A DNA stretch of 64,000 nucleotides, taken from positions 16,466 to 80,465 of the IMG/VR virus record IMGVR_UViG_3300014720_000027, one strand, 5' to 3'. A program made the position numbers and the translations under genes. A model generated the notes under the pieces. It was not told the origin of the DNA, did no database searches, and saw nothing but the letters and a program-made list of their open reading frames with translations. Shown here in pieces: positions 1-10,210 of the stretch. This DNA comes from a virus. Its lineage: Duplodnaviria; Heunggongvirae; Uroviricota; Caudoviricetes. How positions within the stretch are numbered: position 1 is the first letter of the stretch; every line of letters starts with the position of its first letter.

Positions 1-1
1 T

Positions 2-2782
2 AATCATCCTCAGACAGGCGATTTTTTACCATCAAATAAATTTAATACAGAAAATAATTATATTTTTACTAATGATGTCAATAACATTTGGAATCCGTTT
101 GCCGTATTAGAAAACTATCAATATGGCGGAAATTTTGGAAATTCAGATATTAACAGCGCAGGATTTCCGGCTAAATCGTTATTGAGTCTTATAGAAGAAA
201 TTTCTAGGGGAGAACATCCGTTTGGTGGTAAAGCTGTTTTTGGAGAATCCGAATACGAGGTAGATTTATCAGAACTTATTCCAATAGTGCCTGAATTTTT
301 TAGAGTTAAAGGACCGCATCAATCTTTAAACTCTATAATACAAGAATGTTGCGAAATATCTATACATGATTATATTGTCTTTGTTAAACCCAAAAGAGGA
401 TCTATTTCAAACGGGATCATAGAAAAGCCCGTTATTAAAATTAAAGTTGTTGATAAGCGAGAACCTCCAAACCCCGACACTATTAAAATAATAGTTAATC
501 AATACGAAAGAGAAAAAAAATTAGTTTCCGCAGATTTTGGTAAAGAATTTTCTGATACTGTTACACAAAAACTGGTTATAGGAGGACCGGCTAGTAGACA
601 TGTAATGAGTTCTCCATATAATTTTTATCCAGTTTGGGGAAAAACCGCCGGTATTAGGCCGCAGTATATAATTGGAAATAGAACTGTTTCTGCTGGTGGT
701 ATGGATATGTTTGCAAGTGTTCAAGTGTCTTTAAATAGTGGGGCTATGTATAACGCCACTGTATTAGAAGTTCGCTGTGCCATGTCTTCTTTTGAAACTT
801 GGATATTATATAAGGCACTAATGGGTGATTCTCTTTTAGCTAAATTTTCTAAAATTAGAATAGATGACTATGCTATAAATGGATTAATAAATAGAAGCAT
901 TACATCCGAGCAGTTATTTAACACGGACAAAGAAGCAAAACAAGTTTATGGCCCATATTATCAAGGCTCTAATCCTTATGACGAAATTCAAAAAATATAT
1001 AATGCCGTAAAAACTGTTGGGGATCAATTTTATGGCAAAAGATTTTTTGTGCCCTTGCCGTTTGAGCCCGGTGGTATTGATAACAATATTAAATTTATTA
1101 ATGAAGATCAGCAATATATAACATCTTGGAAGCTTGCCGATAGTGCTTGGGTGGATAATAAACCATTTAGCGATGTTTCTTTTTATGATGGTGACGGTAG
1201 ATTAAAGGCTGTTAGCTCTTGGATAATTGGCAATCAGTTTGATTATTCTGGGCTTGGAAGCGAATATGCCTTTGGCATGGGAGGTATAGCCTCTGTAGTA
1301 AATGTTGAAAAGGATATATATTGGCAAAATCTTGGATCGATAGCATTACCATACTGTATTGTAGAAGTTAAAGATGTTCTTAATTTTGATCAATATACTA
1401 CGGATAAACTAGGGGCTGGTCATCTTTTAAAATTGATCAGAGGTATTGACGTAGATTCATCTTCTCTTATTAATTTTGGTTCTGATGATGGGTCGAGTGG
1501 ATACGGCATTGCTCCTGCTAAACAGGCTCCTACTTTTATTAGCATCCCTCAAGAAAGTAATAGATATACATGGGGTCCGTGGTGGAGATATAGTAGTAAA
1601 AAGGGTAAGGCCGAAATAGAATCTGATACTAGTTTAACCCCGGAAACTTTTGGATCATCTTCAGTTTTAAATAGCGTGGGATATGCCTATGCATTTGTAA
1701 GCGGAGCAAATGTGGCCGGTAATGAATCTGGCTATGTAGAAGTCGCTGAGGTTCCAGTTTATAATTTAGCGGAAAGATTTGCTGTATCGGGACCGTATGT
1801 ATCTAACATTGATATTAACTATGGTATAGATGGAGTGAGAACAACTTATAAATTTAATACTTGGACCCCTCAGTTTGGTAAATTAGCAAAATATAACGCA
1901 GATAGAATTTCAAGAATTAATAAATCAACTATCAGATTTTTACAGGAGCAAAGAGAAAGATTTATAAAACCTCCTTTACCTCAAAAAACAGTCATGGATA
2001 TTATGAAAAGTAAATTTATTCCTAGTTTAGCTGGTGCTCCTAGTAGAATAATGGGAAGAATAGTTCAGGGGCAAAATGGTGCTAAAATGGTTACTGTGGC
2101 TCCATCTCATAATCAAACAGCAATGGTAGTAACTGCGGCCCCGGGAAATGATGATTATGGCTGTACGCCTGAACAAATTTTTACTCCAGCCAAAATAGAA
2201 AAACCTAATGACAATGATCCAAACACGCTTAATCCTTATTTTGCTTTTGCTAAAACCGATTTTGTTTCTGTGGCTGGAGAAGGGCAAAATACTAATGATA
2301 ATTTTCAAGAAAATGCCGATAAATTTACTGCTGTTAAAACTATAGCTTTAAGAGGGCCGCTATTAGTATCTGGATGGGGCTATGACACCAGCGGAAATCC
2401 TGTTCCTGCTAAAGAAGGTAATGAAACGCAATTTCATGAAAACACTGGAACAGATAGAACTCTATGGAAAACAGGCCCAGTAGACTTACAATGGGATGAT
2501 AACAGAAAAATGTGGGTCGCCGGTGGATTGGGTTTAATTGAGGGTGTTTTAATAAGCCCTATTACTGCACCGTCTACGCCGTTTGATAATAGCACCCAAT
2601 TTACAATACAACAAAAAAAGAAAGATGGTGATAATTTTAGTAATGGGGAAGAAATAAATGTAATTAATAGAGATCCATATCTTTCTGTTAGTTTGAATCA
2701 GGCTAATGCTGGAAAAATTTTAGTTGTGGCTGCAAAAATAAATCAAGAATGGCGACCTTTATGGGTTAGCTGTCCTGAATAG
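2..2782 (+). CDS. Large hypothetical protein, 5'-truncated at the window edge (at least 926 aa); possibly virion structural
   Basis: This reading frame is open from nt 2 with no stop before 2782. The ORF track's start at 182 is a TTG with no RBS, so the gene most likely begins upstream of the window. No recognisable catalytic motifs. It is a + strand block co-oriented with the Cys-rich and Gly-rich proteins. Confidence 0.45.
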   Translation, partial: NHPQTGDFLPSNKFNTENNYIFTNDVNNIWNPFAVLENYQYGGNFGNSDINSAGFPAKSLLSLIEEISRGEHPFGGKAVFGESEYEVDLSELIPIVPEFFRVKGPHQSLNSIIQECCEISIHDYIVFVKPKRGSISNGIIEKPVIKIKVVDKREPPNPDTIKIIVNQYEREKKLVSADFGKEFSDTVTQKLVIGGPASRHVMSSPYNFYPVWGKTAGIRPQYIIGNRTVSAGGMDMFASVQVSLNSGAMYNATVLEVRCAMSSFETWILYKALMGDSLLAKFSKIRIDDYAINGLINRSITSEQLFNTDKEAKQVYGPYYQGSNPYDEIQKIYNAVKTVGDQFYGKRFFVPLPFEPGGIDNNIKFINEDQQYITSWKLADSAWVDNKPFSDVSFYDGDGRLKAVSSWIIGNQFDYSGLGSEYAFGMGGIASVVNVEKDIYWQNLGSIALPYCIVEVKDVLNFDQYTTDKLGAGHLLKLIRGIDVDSSSLINFGSDDGSSGYGIAPAKQAPTFISIPQESNRYTWGPWWRYSSKKGKAEIESDTSLTPETFGSSSVLNSVGYAYAFVSGANVAGNESGYVEVAEVPVYNLAERFAVSGPYVSNIDINYGIDGVRTTYKFNTWTPQFGKLAKYNADRISRINKSTIRFLQEQRERFIKPPLPQKTVMDIMKSKFIPSLAGAPSRIMGRIVQGQNGAKMVTVAPSHNQTAMVVTAAPGNDDYGCTPEQIFTPAKIEKPNDNDPNTLNPYFAFAKTDFVSVAGEGQNTNDNFQENADKFTAVKTIALRGPLLVSGWGYDTSGNPVPAKEGNETQFHENTGTDRTLWKTGPVDLQWDDNRKMWVAGGLGLIEGVLISPITAPSTPFDNSTQFTIQQKKKDGDNFSNGEEINVINRDPYLSVSLNQANAGKILVVAAKINQEWRPLWVSCPE

Positions 2783-2790
2783 GGGAAAAT

Positions 2791-4881
2791 ATGGGAAGAA
2801 CTTGTTATTGTTGTGATAAAAAAGATAGCGGACCATGTGATTTATGTCCAGTTTTGCTGGAACCTTCTTCTATAAAAAAGTCTACTATATCAATAAAAGG
2901 CTTTCAGGATTATAATTTTGATCAAACTTATTCCGATGATTTTATCAGTACTAGTCGTCTCAGCTATAAAGAGAATATGTTTTTGCTTGGTTCTAGCGAT
3001 CAATCAACTTATCCCGGTAGTATGTTTAAAGGACAGGCCAGTATAAAATATACAGTAGATATAAAGGGTTTAAATAATTTAAATACTGAAATGCAATTCG
3101 ATTTAGTTGGTAATAAATTTATACCAAAACAATCTTCTAAATTTTTGGGAGAGGTGACTGTAACTACTATATCAGAACATTCTATTTCTGGTAAAGGTTA
3201 TGCATTTTTTCCATTAAATTATGGAAGCTACCATTGTAGCGAGCCCTGCACTCCCACAGAACCTTGTAGTTTGGATAACTTGCCTTGGCCTCCAATAGAA
3301 AATTGTTTTTGGTATATTAGAAATGAATTTGTTAGTGACATGAGAGAGGCTGATATACCATCTGATTGGAACGGTAAAATAGGCGTTGTATATAAATATG
3401 ATTTTTATTTAGTTTCAGAAGCATATTCATGCGATTTAGGAAAAAATAAAGATCGAGAACCACCACATTATTTGCCTGAGCGTAATATTTGTGAAACTGA
3501 CAGTTCGTGTTTTATTAATCATACATGTTCTGTACATCTTGGCCATATGATTTTTCAGAATGGTAATATTGATGCAAGAGTAACCCCCGCTGTGCGATTT
3601 GTTGCGGTATTAAAAGAAACAGAAATTATTGAGGATGGAATATATAAACAAATAGGTTATGTGCCTGAAGGACTTCCGCAAAATTTTAATACTTGTTATC
3701 AAACAAGGAATGGCAGATATGACCCAGCGGATTGTCCTGTAGTCGGACAATCTCCGTGTAGCGGCTTAATTAGCAAAAGAAGATTAATATCACCATGTAG
3801 AAATCCTTTAAATACTATTGGTATTGGTTCTGAAGTACACCAAAGAGCATTTTTTCCGAATAATTGCACGGGAGGAAGATGCTACTATGATATCCTCCAA
3901 TTCTGCTCATGTGAAGGTCTTGGACCACCATCGCTTAATTGTCCTCCTTCTGGACAAGCCTTTAAAGCTTGGGTTATATGCAACACTTTTCAAAATCATT
4001 ATAATTTTTTTCCAGTGTATCGTGGCCCGATGCATGAAGAACTTATGCCTGATTTTTCTAGTTTTATTAATTCAAGTTGCGACCTTAGCGTATTGACAAA
4101 TTTAATAAAAGATTACAGATTTGTGGGCAAAATGGACTTAGTAGATGAATACCTCTATAATCATACTATAGCTAATCCATTATGTTATCCAAATTATGAT
4201 GATCCGTGTCTATTTTGCAATTCTTATGATGATGCAGAAAAAAAAATAAAACAAAAATATAGAATTGCTATCTCTACAGGAAATTTCGGTTTTAGTCAAA
4301 ACAACATTATTGAATTTCAAAACAATACAAATTATTCAAAAATTTTTAATCCATGCGACAAAATAGAATTGGGATGTGATCTTAGCAATACTACTGGCGT
4401 TGGAATATTTAGACTGCCACGCAGAAATCCATTAGAAGGTATATTTTTCAGAGACATTAATTTTTTAGATTTTATTTTTGATAAATATATGCCATCTGGA
4501 TCTAATTTGCCTGACGCACTCGGTTTCAAATCAAGAGAACCAGACGCTAATAGTAATTGCTGGAACTATAATCTGTTTTTTCCTGCTCCTTTTGATGGAA
4601 TGTGGGGAGCCGCCGAGCTAGAATTTACCAAGAAAAAAGATATCCTTGGCACCACTTGGAATCCAAATTTCAAAATTATATATTGGCCAACACCAAGCGA
4701 TAAATATTGTAATAAAACTTTTTTTAATCATCCTAATTTAAATTGGACAGCAACAGGAAAAAATAATAATAATGAGATTATAGACGCAATAATTTTAAAA
4801 AAAGTCGATCCCATAAATCAGTTCGCAGTGTTCACTCTTCCAAGACCACCAGAAACAATTATGGAGGTAGAATATGAATAA
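2791..4881 (+). CDS. Large cysteine-rich hypothetical protein (696 aa, >40 Cys); putative disulfide-bonded structural or extracellular protein
   Basis: ATG preceded by AGGGGAAAAT RBS-like sequence. Cys is extremely abundant throughout (CYCCDKKDSGPCDLCP...). It begins 9 nt after the preceding gene's stop. Confidence 0.6.
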   Translation: MGRTCYCCDKKDSGPCDLCPVLLEPSSIKKSTISIKGFQDYNFDQTYSDDFISTSRLSYKENMFLLGSSDQSTYPGSMFKGQASIKYTVDIKGLNNLNTEMQFDLVGNKFIPKQSSKFLGEVTVTTISEHSISGKGYAFFPLNYGSYHCSEPCTPTEPCSLDNLPWPPIENCFWYIRNEFVSDMREADIPSDWNGKIGVVYKYDFYLVSEAYSCDLGKNKDREPPHYLPERNICETDSSCFINHTCSVHLGHMIFQNGNIDARVTPAVRFVAVLKETEIIEDGIYKQIGYVPEGLPQNFNTCYQTRNGRYDPADCPVVGQSPCSGLISKRRLISPCRNPLNTIGIGSEVHQRAFFPNNCTGGRCYYDILQFCSCEGLGPPSLNCPPSGQAFKAWVICNTFQNHYNFFPVYRGPMHEELMPDFSSFINSSCDLSVLTNLIKDYRFVGKMDLVDEYLYNHTIANPLCYPNYDDPCLFCNSYDDAEKKIKQKYRIAISTGNFGFSQNNIIEFQNNTNYSKIFNPCDKIELGCDLSNTTGVGIFRLPRRNPLEGIFFRDINFLDFIFDKYMPSGSNLPDALGFKSREPDANSNCWNYNLFFPAPFDGMWGAAELEFTKKKDILGTTWNPNFKIIYWPTPSDKYCNKTFFNHPNLNWTATGKNNNNEIIDAIILKKVDPINQFAVFTLPRPPETIMEVEYE

Positions 4882-5248
4882 AGATTGTCAATATTGTTAT
4901 TGTTCTTCGTGTGTAAAAGATTGTATTTGTTTAATGTGTGGAACTAGTAATTGCAATAACCATAACAATACGCAGCCGCCATCTTTAATTCAAAAAGCCC
5001 AAAACTTTGCCACATCTGTCGTAAACCATATTTCTAATGGCATGGTGAAAGTATCAGACCCAATAAAAAAGGAAAGAATGGAAATATGTCGAGCTTGTCC
5101 CTTTTTTAATGCATCGAATACAACATGTAATAAATGCGGCTGTTTTTTAGAAGTTAAAACCGGCTGGGCCAGTGAAAAATGCCCAGAGGGAAAATGGGAT
5201 GAAGTGAAAACCCAGTCAAGTGGTGGCTGTGGCTGTAACAAGTCTTAA
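4874..5248 (+). CDS. Small Cys-rich protein (about 20 Cys in 124 aa), possible Zn-binding or disulfide-rich
   Basis: Overlaps the upstream gene's stop by 8 nt. Repeated CxxC and CxC spacing (CQYCYCSSCVKDCICLMCG, CRACPFF, CNKCGC). Confidence 0.5.
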   Translation: MNKDCQYCYCSSCVKDCICLMCGTSNCNNHNNTQPPSLIQKAQNFATSVVNHISNGMVKVSDPIKKERMEICRACPFFNASNTTCNKCGCFLEVKTGWASEKCPEGKWDEVKTQSSGGCGCNKS

Positions 5249-5293
5249 TTTTGTGTATATTAATATAGTTTTTCCCCCTATAGGAGATAATAA

Positions 5294-6205
5294 ATGGCAG
5301 AAATTACCTTTGGAACATATACAACCGCCAATTTACAAGGATCGGGCTTGGGCTTTTATGGCTCAACTTTTGGATCGTCTGTACAGATTGGCAGCTTTAA
5401 TCAATCCACCTTTATTACCAATTCAAATGGTACTACTAATGGTGGTAGTACTTTTAACAATAGATATACGGCGGCTGCTTCTGGTGAGCCTCATGGAACC
5501 GGCAGTGGCATTCCTTTAATTAGAATTAATGGCTATCATAGAACTTTAGATATTGTTTTTGACCATACTACCCCGGTTAATGTTCAAAACGTACAGCTAA
5601 GAATTTATGATAGAGCAAATATTAATCACCCGGCCTCTGGAGTTAATACCAGAATAGCCGAACTTGTTAATTTTAATGGTCAATCGTATAGCTCTTGGCT
5701 AGCAACGCCGGGCGATGCTAACACGGCCAACGATGCTATTGGGGGCTCTCCTCGCGGCTCTGGTGACTTAGTGTGGTGGGGCGATCCTTGGCCAACCACT
5801 CATGTTTCTCAGGGATATTATGACAATAGTTCAGGTATTCGCTTTTTGAATGGACGAGTGGCGGATTCAGTTACTAATGGAGATTCTAGATTAACGGCGG
5901 CGGGGGCTGGCGCTGATGACACCGTAGGCGGAACTGGTATTATTGTACCTTTGTTAAACAGTCCGGGCTCTGGACAAAGATTCTTAGACGGTACTTATGA
6001 CACTGCCTTTAAACCTAAGTGGTTGCAATATTACAACACATCAAATCCGGATGTTCCTAATATTGGCGCTAATACCACAACTAGAACATTTGGTGGTACG
6101 GGTGTAGACACAAGACACACTTGGAGAGTCGCTATGACAGCAACTCCGTTGAGCGTTGGGAGCAAGGAACAATACGCGGCATATGTAAGTTTAGAGTATC
6201 TTTAG
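5294..6205 (+). CDS. Gly/Ser/Thr/Asn-rich hypothetical protein (303 aa); possible fibre or structural protein
   Basis: AGGAG RBS 8 nt upstream of the ATG. Low-complexity G/S/T/N-rich N-terminal half. Visibly higher GC than its neighbours. Followed by a strong terminator. Confidence 0.55.
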   Translation: MAEITFGTYTTANLQGSGLGFYGSTFGSSVQIGSFNQSTFITNSNGTTNGGSTFNNRYTAAASGEPHGTGSGIPLIRINGYHRTLDIVFDHTTPVNVQNVQLRIYDRANINHPASGVNTRIAELVNFNGQSYSSWLATPGDANTANDAIGGSPRGSGDLVWWGDPWPTTHVSQGYYDNSSGIRFLNGRVADSVTNGDSRLTAAGAGADDTVGGTGIIVPLLNSPGSGQRFLDGTYDTAFKPKWLQYYNTSNPDVPNIGANTTTRTFGGTGVDTRHTWRVAMTATPLSVGSKEQYAAYVSLEYL

Positions 6206-6233
6206 AATCCTACTGAGTTTATCCATGTATTAT

Positions 6234-6267
6234 AAGGTGTAAGATTTCTTACACCTTATTTTTTTGG
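6234..6267 (+). terminator. Rho-independent terminator at the convergent strand switch
   Basis: Perfect hairpin aaggtgtaag-atttc-cttacacctt immediately followed by an attttttt run. Lies between the last + gene (stop 6205) and the first - gene (stop 6318). Confidence 0.6.
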
Positions 6268-6317
6268 ATAAGTTTAATAAAAAAGGGAGTTATTTCTAAC
6301 CCCCTCTTTTTCATCTA

Positions 6318-6719
6318 TTACACTAGCTGCTTTTTATATCTATGCCAGCCATTATATCCGCGATCTACGCTGGTATCTTCTTCAGATGGTCGCTTTGGAA
6401 ATAGGTTGTCCGTACCATCGTCCAAAACGCCAAAAGCTTTCTTATACCACATTAGTTCGCCAGAGACAACAATCTTTTCAAAGTATTCTGCCTCCTTTTC
6501 CTTACCCTTTTCATCGGTATATTTAGCCTTGCGGACACGATAAGATACATCGCCCCCGTTGACCACTCTATCTCCGAGCTTAGCAGCCGGGGTATCTTCA
6601 AAAATCTCCTGAAAATGGGAAAGCTTTCGGAAAAGCTCCTTATCAGAATTGCCTTCAAGCTCAACAGTCATTCGGCCATCTTTAGTTGTGTACAACAATT
6701 TCATTCTGCATTTCTCCAA
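6318..6719 (-). CDS. Hypothetical protein (133 aa)
   Basis: ORF with charged, Lys/Glu-rich composition. Lies in the higher-GC segment. Overlaps the next gene by 19 nt. Confidence 0.45.
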   Translation of the reverse strand: MEKCRMKLLYTTKDGRMTVELEGNSDKELFRKLSHFQEIFEDTPAAKLGDRVVNGGDVSYRVRKAKYTDEKGKEKEAEYFEKIVVSGELMWYKKAFGVLDDGTDNLFPKRPSEEDTSVDRGYNGWHRYKKQLV

Positions 6720-7465
6720 TTTTTATCATAACCTCTAAAATTATCAGGGCAAACCCTGCTATTATTTTGAATCTCATTAATCATAGTCAAAAAGTTAGAA
6801 GCTTCTTTCTTACTAACTTCGTTGATATTTGTATATTTCTTAACGCCACTATTTAACACGGCCCAAACATTTAAATTTAATTCTCGACTCTTATTGTCTA
6901 AAAAATTAAGCTGGGCACTACTGATTTTGTCTTTATCGCTAAGCTCCCCTGTAGTAACTGTGTCTACCTTTACAGTAGCCTTTACAACAGCCTCAACGTC
7001 CTTCTTGCGAGTTAGTTCTTCAGCCGCTAAACAGCGAATCTTGAGCGCTTTACGAAGGGCTCTACCTTCTGCTCTAGTAGACGCTGTTGCGACAGGGTGG
7101 GCACAGAATAGGTCATCCGTATTACCATGCCAAACATCAGCAACCTCTTTAAAGGTTCTACTTTGAGAAGTACCCATCCAGCCTTCGAACATCACTTCAA
7201 AGACTACAGTAGCTCGGCCCGGCCCATTGGCATCAGTAGCCGCAAAGACTTGGCAGGGGCCACTGTATACTATATCGCCCAGCACTTCTTCAGCTACTCT
7301 TCGGAGCCCGGCGCATGTTGGATTACCTTCTACTAATTCAGATTCATCAAAAAGCTTCATGACATGATCATTCCACTCTTTTGAGCCATATGATACAGAA
7401 GGAGTTTCAGACACGACAACATCATTACCAATTTCAAACATTGTTTCTTCCATTTTAAACCTCAA
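6701..7465 (-). CDS. Hypothetical protein (254 aa); speculative resemblance to phage single-strand-annealing (ERF-like) proteins
   Basis: The ATASTRAEGRALRKALKI segment is vaguely reminiscent of the ERF conserved region. This is a weak, memory-based resemblance only. Confidence 0.4.
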   Translation of the reverse strand: MRFKMEETMFEIGNDVVVSETPSVSYGSKEWNDHVMKLFDESELVEGNPTCAGLRRVAEEVLGDIVYSGPCQVFAATDANGPGRATVVFEVMFEGWMGTSQSRTFKEVADVWHGNTDDLFCAHPVATASTRAEGRALRKALKIRCLAAEELTRKKDVEAVVKATVKVDTVTTGELSDKDKISSAQLNFLDNKSRELNLNVWAVLNSGVKKYTNINEVSKKEASNFLTMINEIQNNSRVCPDNFRGYDKNWRNAE

Positions 7466-8198
7466 TTAAACCAGATAACTTGCCAGTTTCTATATCTTTT
7501 AGCACTTTTTCAAGCTTCTTCCAAGTGTCGCGTTTTGACTTGAGAGAGCTTGATTTGCTGCTACACTTTATTCTAACAACATGAAGCCCCTTTGACAAGA
7601 GCAATCCATTTTTTATTGTGTCTTGTTTGATTGTTTTTTGAAGCTTTTCTTCACCAAAAATAGGAAGAAAATGCAGAGGCCCATCAATTTCAATGGCGAC
7701 CTTTTGATCTTTTAAAAACATGTCAACTTTGTATTCGCCGCCGATATTGTCCTTATATATAGTAACGTTGTATCCTTTAGAAAGCAACATCTTGCGAATA
7801 TATTTTTCAATATCAGATCCTTCTACGGACACTTTGCGTAAAGCTTCAGCCGCTTTTCTCTGGCGTTCATGAACTTCGTTTTCAGACAAAGAATCCCATC
7901 TTTCTTTAGCCCCGGCGCGAAATTCCTCCTTTTCTGCTTTAGACATTTTAGCCCAAGCCCTAGAGCGTTTCTCAGAAATATTCTCTTTGGCGGAATCACT
8001 CATATGCTTACCCTTGGTGGGGTGTGTGCTTCTACCTTTAGACAATGCTAGAGATTGAGCCTCGCTTTTATTTCTAATATCAACGCCGTGTTTTTTTAAA
8101 ATTCTATAAATTTTAACAGCATAAGTTGAAAATTCTTCGGCTATTTCCGGAACACTTTTTCCAGATTCATACGCTTTAATTACTTTAAATTCATCCAC
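7455..8198 (-). CDS. HTH domain + Vsr/DUF559-like endonuclease (putative free-standing homing endonuclease)
   Basis: N-terminal helix-turn-helix (SGKSVPEIAEEFSTYAVKIYRILKK). C-terminal VAIEIDGPLHF motif typical of DUF559/Vsr-like restriction-endonuclease-fold domains. Confidence 0.5.
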   Translation of the reverse strand: MDEFKVIKAYESGKSVPEIAEEFSTYAVKIYRILKKHGVDIRNKSEAQSLALSKGRSTHPTKGKHMSDSAKENISEKRSRAWAKMSKAEKEEFRAGAKERWDSLSENEVHERQRKAAEALRKVSVEGSDIEKYIRKMLLSKGYNVTIYKDNIGGEYKVDMFLKDQKVAIEIDGPLHFLPIFGEEKLQKTIKQDTIKNGLLLSKGLHVVRIKCSSKSSSLKSKRDTWKKLEKVLKDIETGKLSGLIEV

Positions 8199-8646
8199 TG
8201 GTAATCTCCTGTATTGTCTTAGAGTCCCAATCTTTTAGAATATGTTTTGGTTTTATATTGCAATAATTTTTAATAGCATCTGAATGATCCAAGCTCCGAG
8301 CCACTAATGTAAGATGCGGGTCTCTTAGGATTAGCATATTTTCATCAAAATCAGATTTATATCTTAGCCACTCTAAATCCGATAAGTATAAATATTTTTT
8401 AGCAGAACTATTAATTTTTTTTAAGGTATTAGCTGTTTGTAGACTTGTGGCAAAAATATGACCATCCCAGAACGGTAAATAATAGGCGTTTACTATAGCA
8501 AAATTCATATTAATAGGGGATGGGGCCATATCGTGATAAAAACAACAGATAGAATTTTCGTTACTACACAATTTATTAAATTCTTTAATCATGCAGTATG
8601 AATTTTGAGACATGGAGATGTTGTCAACAAAAGACGCTAATTTCAT
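8191..8646 (-). CDS. Hypothetical protein (151 aa), first gene of the glycan island
   Basis: ORF overlapping the upstream gene by 8 nt. No motif recognised. Confidence 0.35.
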   Translation of the reverse strand: MKLASFVDNISMSQNSYCMIKEFNKLCSNENSICCFYHDMAPSPINMNFAIVNAYYLPFWDGHIFATSLQTANTLKKINSSAKKYLYLSDLEWLRYKSDFDENMLILRDPHLTLVARSLDHSDAIKNYCNIKPKHILKDWDSKTIQEITSG

Positions 8647-9462
8647 TTAATTTCCTCTTACTTTATTTATTATAAATTTAGCCGCAGCAGCCGGGCTTAA
8701 ATTTGTTTCCCAAAATTGTCTAGATCTATTTGATAATTGCTGCAAGGTTGGCGAATTGACTAGTCTCTGAATATATTTTTCTACTGATTGAATATTCCAG
8801 CTTGGTATTTGTACATGCGGACTACCTTGCATAAATTCGTAATTATTTTGTCTAATTGATAATACTACGCATCCACAAGACATCGCTTCATAAAATCTAA
8901 ACGTATCTAAACTGGCAGAACCACATGGAACAAGGGCTATTTTTGTTTCGCTCATTACTTCAGAGTATGCTTCGGGCCCAAGTCCTTTATTCCAGCCCTC
9001 GTAAAAATGAATCAGGCCCCCTTTTAATGCGGAGGCACAATGATAGAAATCATACCTAGTATACGGATCGTATTGTCCTATAAATGAAAAATCGTATTTG
9101 CGATCATTAATAGGCTTTGCAAATGTTCCAGTGAACCAACTTGTTGTTCCTAGTTGTAACTCAAATAGTCCGGGCGTTTGTACAAAACTATTAGAATCAA
9201 AAAAATATGGAAATGTTGGATTCTTTTTTGTTAAATAATTCATGAATACTGTCATATTTTTTAATTCTGGCGGAAAGTAAGAGTGGCCTTCTGCCGATAA
9301 AATCAAGCATATGCCATATTCTGTTTCTAAATTAAATACAGGCTGATTATGTCTTCTTATGTATAACCCCCAGTCATCATTAAATTCTTCTTTTAAATAA
9401 GAATAAATTTCATATATATGAGCAGATTCGCATATTCCCGATGATTGATTATAAATTTTCAT
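8647..9462 (-). CDS. Putative GT-B glycosyltransferase (CgeB/GT1-like C-terminal motif)
   Basis: FYEAMSCGCVVLS resembles the E-A-M-A-C-G signature of GT-B (GT1/GT4) donor-binding domains. Confidence 0.45.
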   Translation of the reverse strand: MKIYNQSSGICESAHIYEIYSYLKEEFNDDWGLYIRRHNQPVFNLETEYGICLILSAEGHSYFPPELKNMTVFMNYLTKKNPTFPYFFDSNSFVQTPGLFELQLGTTSWFTGTFAKPINDRKYDFSFIGQYDPYTRYDFYHCASALKGGLIHFYEGWNKGLGPEAYSEVMSETKIALVPCGSASLDTFRFYEAMSCGCVVLSIRQNNYEFMQGSPHVQIPSWNIQSVEKYIQRLVNSPTLQQLSNRSRQFWETNLSPAAAAKFIINKVRGN

Positions 9463-10210
9463 TGAAGTATTCTATTCTCCATCTTCTTCCTCCTGCAAAA
9501 TGTCTAATTGTAGTATCTTCTAATCTAGTTGGTATCATGTAAAATTTGTCTTCGCCATCTTCTTGTGGTATATGTGTCACATTCCATGTTGTAGGCATTA
9601 TTTCAACATGTTTATACAACTCTTGTAAGCTATATACTGTGTCTTCATTATATCCTGAATGCCAGCCCCAGTTTTTCATTAATAAAAATGGTATCCAGCT
9701 ATGTCTTTGAATTCCAGCCAAACTATACCATGAAGCTTGCTCTCTAAAAATTTGCCAAAAAGAACTTTGCTCATTCATTGAGCCTATTGTTATTTTATCT
9801 TTTAATTTTTGGTATCTATCTTCTGATAGAATATTTTTTAATAAATTAATAGACCATTCATTTACACGTATTGTATACATACCCATACAATGAGTATTAC
9901 ATGAATCAATGGCATATGCAAAACTTTTAGATGTTTCTAAAGAAACAGAATCATCTTTTATAGCCATATCAGCATCTAGGTGAGTAACTATATCTCCGTC
10001 CTTAAAAGAATTTGACATTTGCAAAATATTATAAAATTTATTCCATGTTGGTACGCCTCTAAAACCTTGGCCTATGTCATTATGATTAAGTTCTATATAT
10101 TCAAAATTATGTTTGAGACAATAATTTTTATTATGCTTTCTTGTATATGTTTCATAAAAATCTTGTCGCCAATCATTGTATGATGCTATAACTACTAAAT
10201 ATTTATTCAT
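9449..10210 (-). CDS. Putative GT-A glycosyltransferase with DxD-like motif
   Basis: VTHLDADMAI DxD-like motif. Size and composition are typical of small GT-A transferases. Confidence 0.4.
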   Translation of the reverse strand: MNKYLVVIASYNDWRQDFYETYTRKHNKNYCLKHNFEYIELNHNDIGQGFRGVPTWNKFYNILQMSNSFKDGDIVTHLDADMAIKDDSVSLETSKSFAYAIDSCNTHCMGMYTIRVNEWSINLLKNILSEDRYQKLKDKITIGSMNEQSSFWQIFREQASWYSLAGIQRHSWIPFLLMKNWGWHSGYNEDTVYSLQELYKHVEIMPTTWNVTHIPQEDGEDKFYMIPTRLEDTTIRHFAGGRRWRIEYFNENL

